Below, piece after piece: positions 34,237 through 35,616 of a stretch of 35,616 nt of DNA. This stretch comes from Candidatus Thorarchaeota archaeon (GTDB taxonomy: Archaea; Asgardarchaeota; Hermodarchaeia; Hermodarchaeales; Hermodarchaeaceae): positions 15,520 through 51,135 of the forward strand of contig JBHLSA010000001.1 in NCBI GenBank assembly GCA_048882025.1. Direction: 5' to 3'. Both the position numbers and the translations under genes were made by a program. Below the pieces are notes generated by a model that was not told the origin of the DNA, searched no databases, and saw only the letters and a list, made by a program, of their open reading frames with translations. The stretch's first letter is position 1; each line of letters begins with the position of its first letter.

Positions 34237-35616
34237 TTGTCTAAAGAGTCCCGTGAACTATTACAATGGTTTCGTTGTAAGCAGGAATTGTTAAGTACTA
34301 AACTCTCCTTGGAACCTCTTCCTAAGCAAAGAAACCGTATCCTCTTCCTCTCTTGGAGCGACACACCATTAGTCTATGATCAACCACGGTTTGGGGCTCT
34401 TGAACTCCTTTTCGAGGATAACCACCGTAGTGGTTGGCAAGTCAATCTCTCCCGAGACCTGCGGAACGCCCCTACGCATGTGATGGACTGGGTGCTCTGG
34501 CGCGAAGCCCTTCTTAGTTTCCTCTTACCCCACATACGCCATATTCCTGAAACTGCTGATCTAGGACTTTATGCTGGAATTATCTTCGGGGGCTTTTCCA
34601 GTACCCAAAAGGTCGCTCTCAACACTTTGTGGAAACAGGTCGCTCCTCCACAACATTATCAGCACCACATCTATGACGCCCCAATTGGTTTTCCGCTCTT
34701 CGACCAAGTCGTAAATGGAACATTACTTGGCCGTGCTATTCACTGGCTAAACACTCTCCGACCTACCACCACTGGTACTCCCATAACCACTGAAACCTAC
34801 ACTGCTGCTCTCGAACGCTGGATGCTCGAAACCCACACTCCGCTTACTAAATCCGAACACCGTATACTCACCGCTCTAACCCAACTTGACACCCCACTCC
34901 ACCAAGCTCGCCTTGCAGAACAACTCGATATGACCATTTCGGGGCTCAGTCAACACCTCACCAAACTGGCAAAACGTTATCTTCTTCGCATTTTCAATTC
35001 CATTAATTTACCATTAATTGGACTGGTTCCTTTCGAATTAATCTTTAAAACATCAAATATAGAACAGGTTATGAGAATAAATCAGTCTTTTACAGAATTT
35101 CCCTATGTAAACTCGACTCATGAAATTCAAGATAACATGCATCGTTACCGACTCTTTGTTCCACATAACAAAGTAGATTCATTCAAAAAATGGGTTAACG
35201 ACATTTTAGCACATGAGGATATACAATCTTCTTTAATTGTTCGAGATTCTGAAATTTTTCTTAACTGGAACTTCACCTCATATCTTCCTGAAATTGGATG
35301 GGCAAATGATTTCGCGCTAATACTTAATCACATTCAATTATCAATAGAAAGTTTCATGGAACAGAAGTTTTCTCCACTGAAAACATTAGAATATTCATAT
35401 CATCTCTTGGAAACATCTCGAAGATATCCCATTCACTTACGAAGCGATGATTTTACATATTTCAGGCGGTCAACAGATATTATTCAAATTACTGATCGAA
35501 TTTCATCTCAATCATCTCAAGAGCTTCGGGAGGCAGGAATTTCGGAAACGGCTCATATGAAATATCGCCGTCGAGTTAAGAGGCTTACTTATTTGCATTT
35601 TTTCAAGCTTCTTAAC
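34237..35616 (+). CDS. Large multi-HTH protein, paralog 3 of 3 (partial; runs off the window end and is absent from the ORF track)
   Basis: Frame 1 is open from 34228 to 35616 by hand translation. It encodes QPRFGALE, DWVLWREALL, ADLGLYAGI, ERWMLE, and the HTH ARLAEQLDMTISGLSQHLTKLAKRYLL. The start is uncertain: either the TTG at 34237, or the ATG at 34224 in another frame. Confidence 0.65.
   Translation, partial: MSKESRELLQWFRCKQELLSTKLSLEPLPKQRNRILFLSWSDTPLVYDQPRFGALELLFEDNHRSGWQVNLSRDLRNAPTHVMDWVLWREALLSFLLPHIRHIPETADLGLYAGIIFGGFSSTQKVALNTLWKQVAPPQHYQHHIYDAPIGFPLFDQVVNGTLLGRAIHWLNTLRPTTTGTPITTETYTAALERWMLETHTPLTKSEHRILTALTQLDTPLHQARLAEQLDMTISGLSQHLTKLAKRYLLRIFNSINLPLIGLVPFELIFKTSNIEQVMRINQSFTEFPYVNSTHEIQDNMHRYRLFVPHNKVDSFKKWVNDILAHEDIQSSLIVRDSEIFLNWNFTSYLPEIGWANDFALILNHIQLSIESFMEQKFSPLKTLEYSYHLLETSRRYPIHLRSDDFTYFRRSTDIIQITDRISSQSSQELREAGISETAHMKYRRRVKRLTYLHFFKLLN

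Noticed and set aside
34224-34239. A T6 run (34233-34238) that could link the ATG at 34224 to the paralog-3 frame if one T were removed
   Set aside because: The TTG at 34237, preceded by GGATGA, gives an adequate start without invoking an error. No BHB-like fold could be drawn here. It is noted only as start-codon uncertainty.
34128-34364. A 78-aa minus-strand ORF
   Set aside because: It is antisense to the N-terminal part of paralog 3. That region's plus-strand translation aligns with paralog 2 (PRFGA..., LWREA...).

Overview
This is an archaeal chromosomal segment of moderate to low GC, and no bacterial hallmarks were seen. The gene content points to an Asgard-lineage archaeon. It includes a homolog of the eukaryotic oligosaccharyltransferase subunit OSTC/Ost3, an EF-2 paralog, PolD, two Orc1/Cdc6 genes and RFC. 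The window is a replication and repair neighbourhood. It carries RFC small and large subunits, two Orc1/Cdc6 genes, XPD/Rad3 helicase, a RadB-like recombinase, the PolD small subunit (DP1), and a clear oriC. The oriC has three full origin recognition boxes (TTCCAGTGGAAATAAAGGGG) and one mini-ORB, next to the second orc1/cdc6 gene. Other content includes CDP-archaeol synthase, HypF, two radical-SAM enzymes, a MoxR-type AAA+/vWA pair and an AbrB-PhoU regulator. There are also two intron-containing tRNAs (Ser-CGA and initiator Met) and three paralogs of a large multi-HTH protein. The most unusual observations are these. (1) A 31-nt insert splits the EF-2 paralog exactly at the conserved switch-I RG|ITI motif. 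It folds into a bulge-helix-bulge structure whose predicted cleavage sites restore the reading frame, so it is a candidate mRNA intron. (2) Tandem 9-bp palindromic boxes (TTCAWTGAA, including perfect 18- and 20-nt palindromes) occupy nearly every intergenic gap from 13.1 to 21.5 kb, on one side of oriC. (3) Those boxes punctuate an uncharacterised cassette of HTH-CBS, an Orc-like AAA+ ATPase, an RHH protein and a ferredoxin-like/wHTH protein. All functional calls rest on motif recognition by eye, because no database search could be run.
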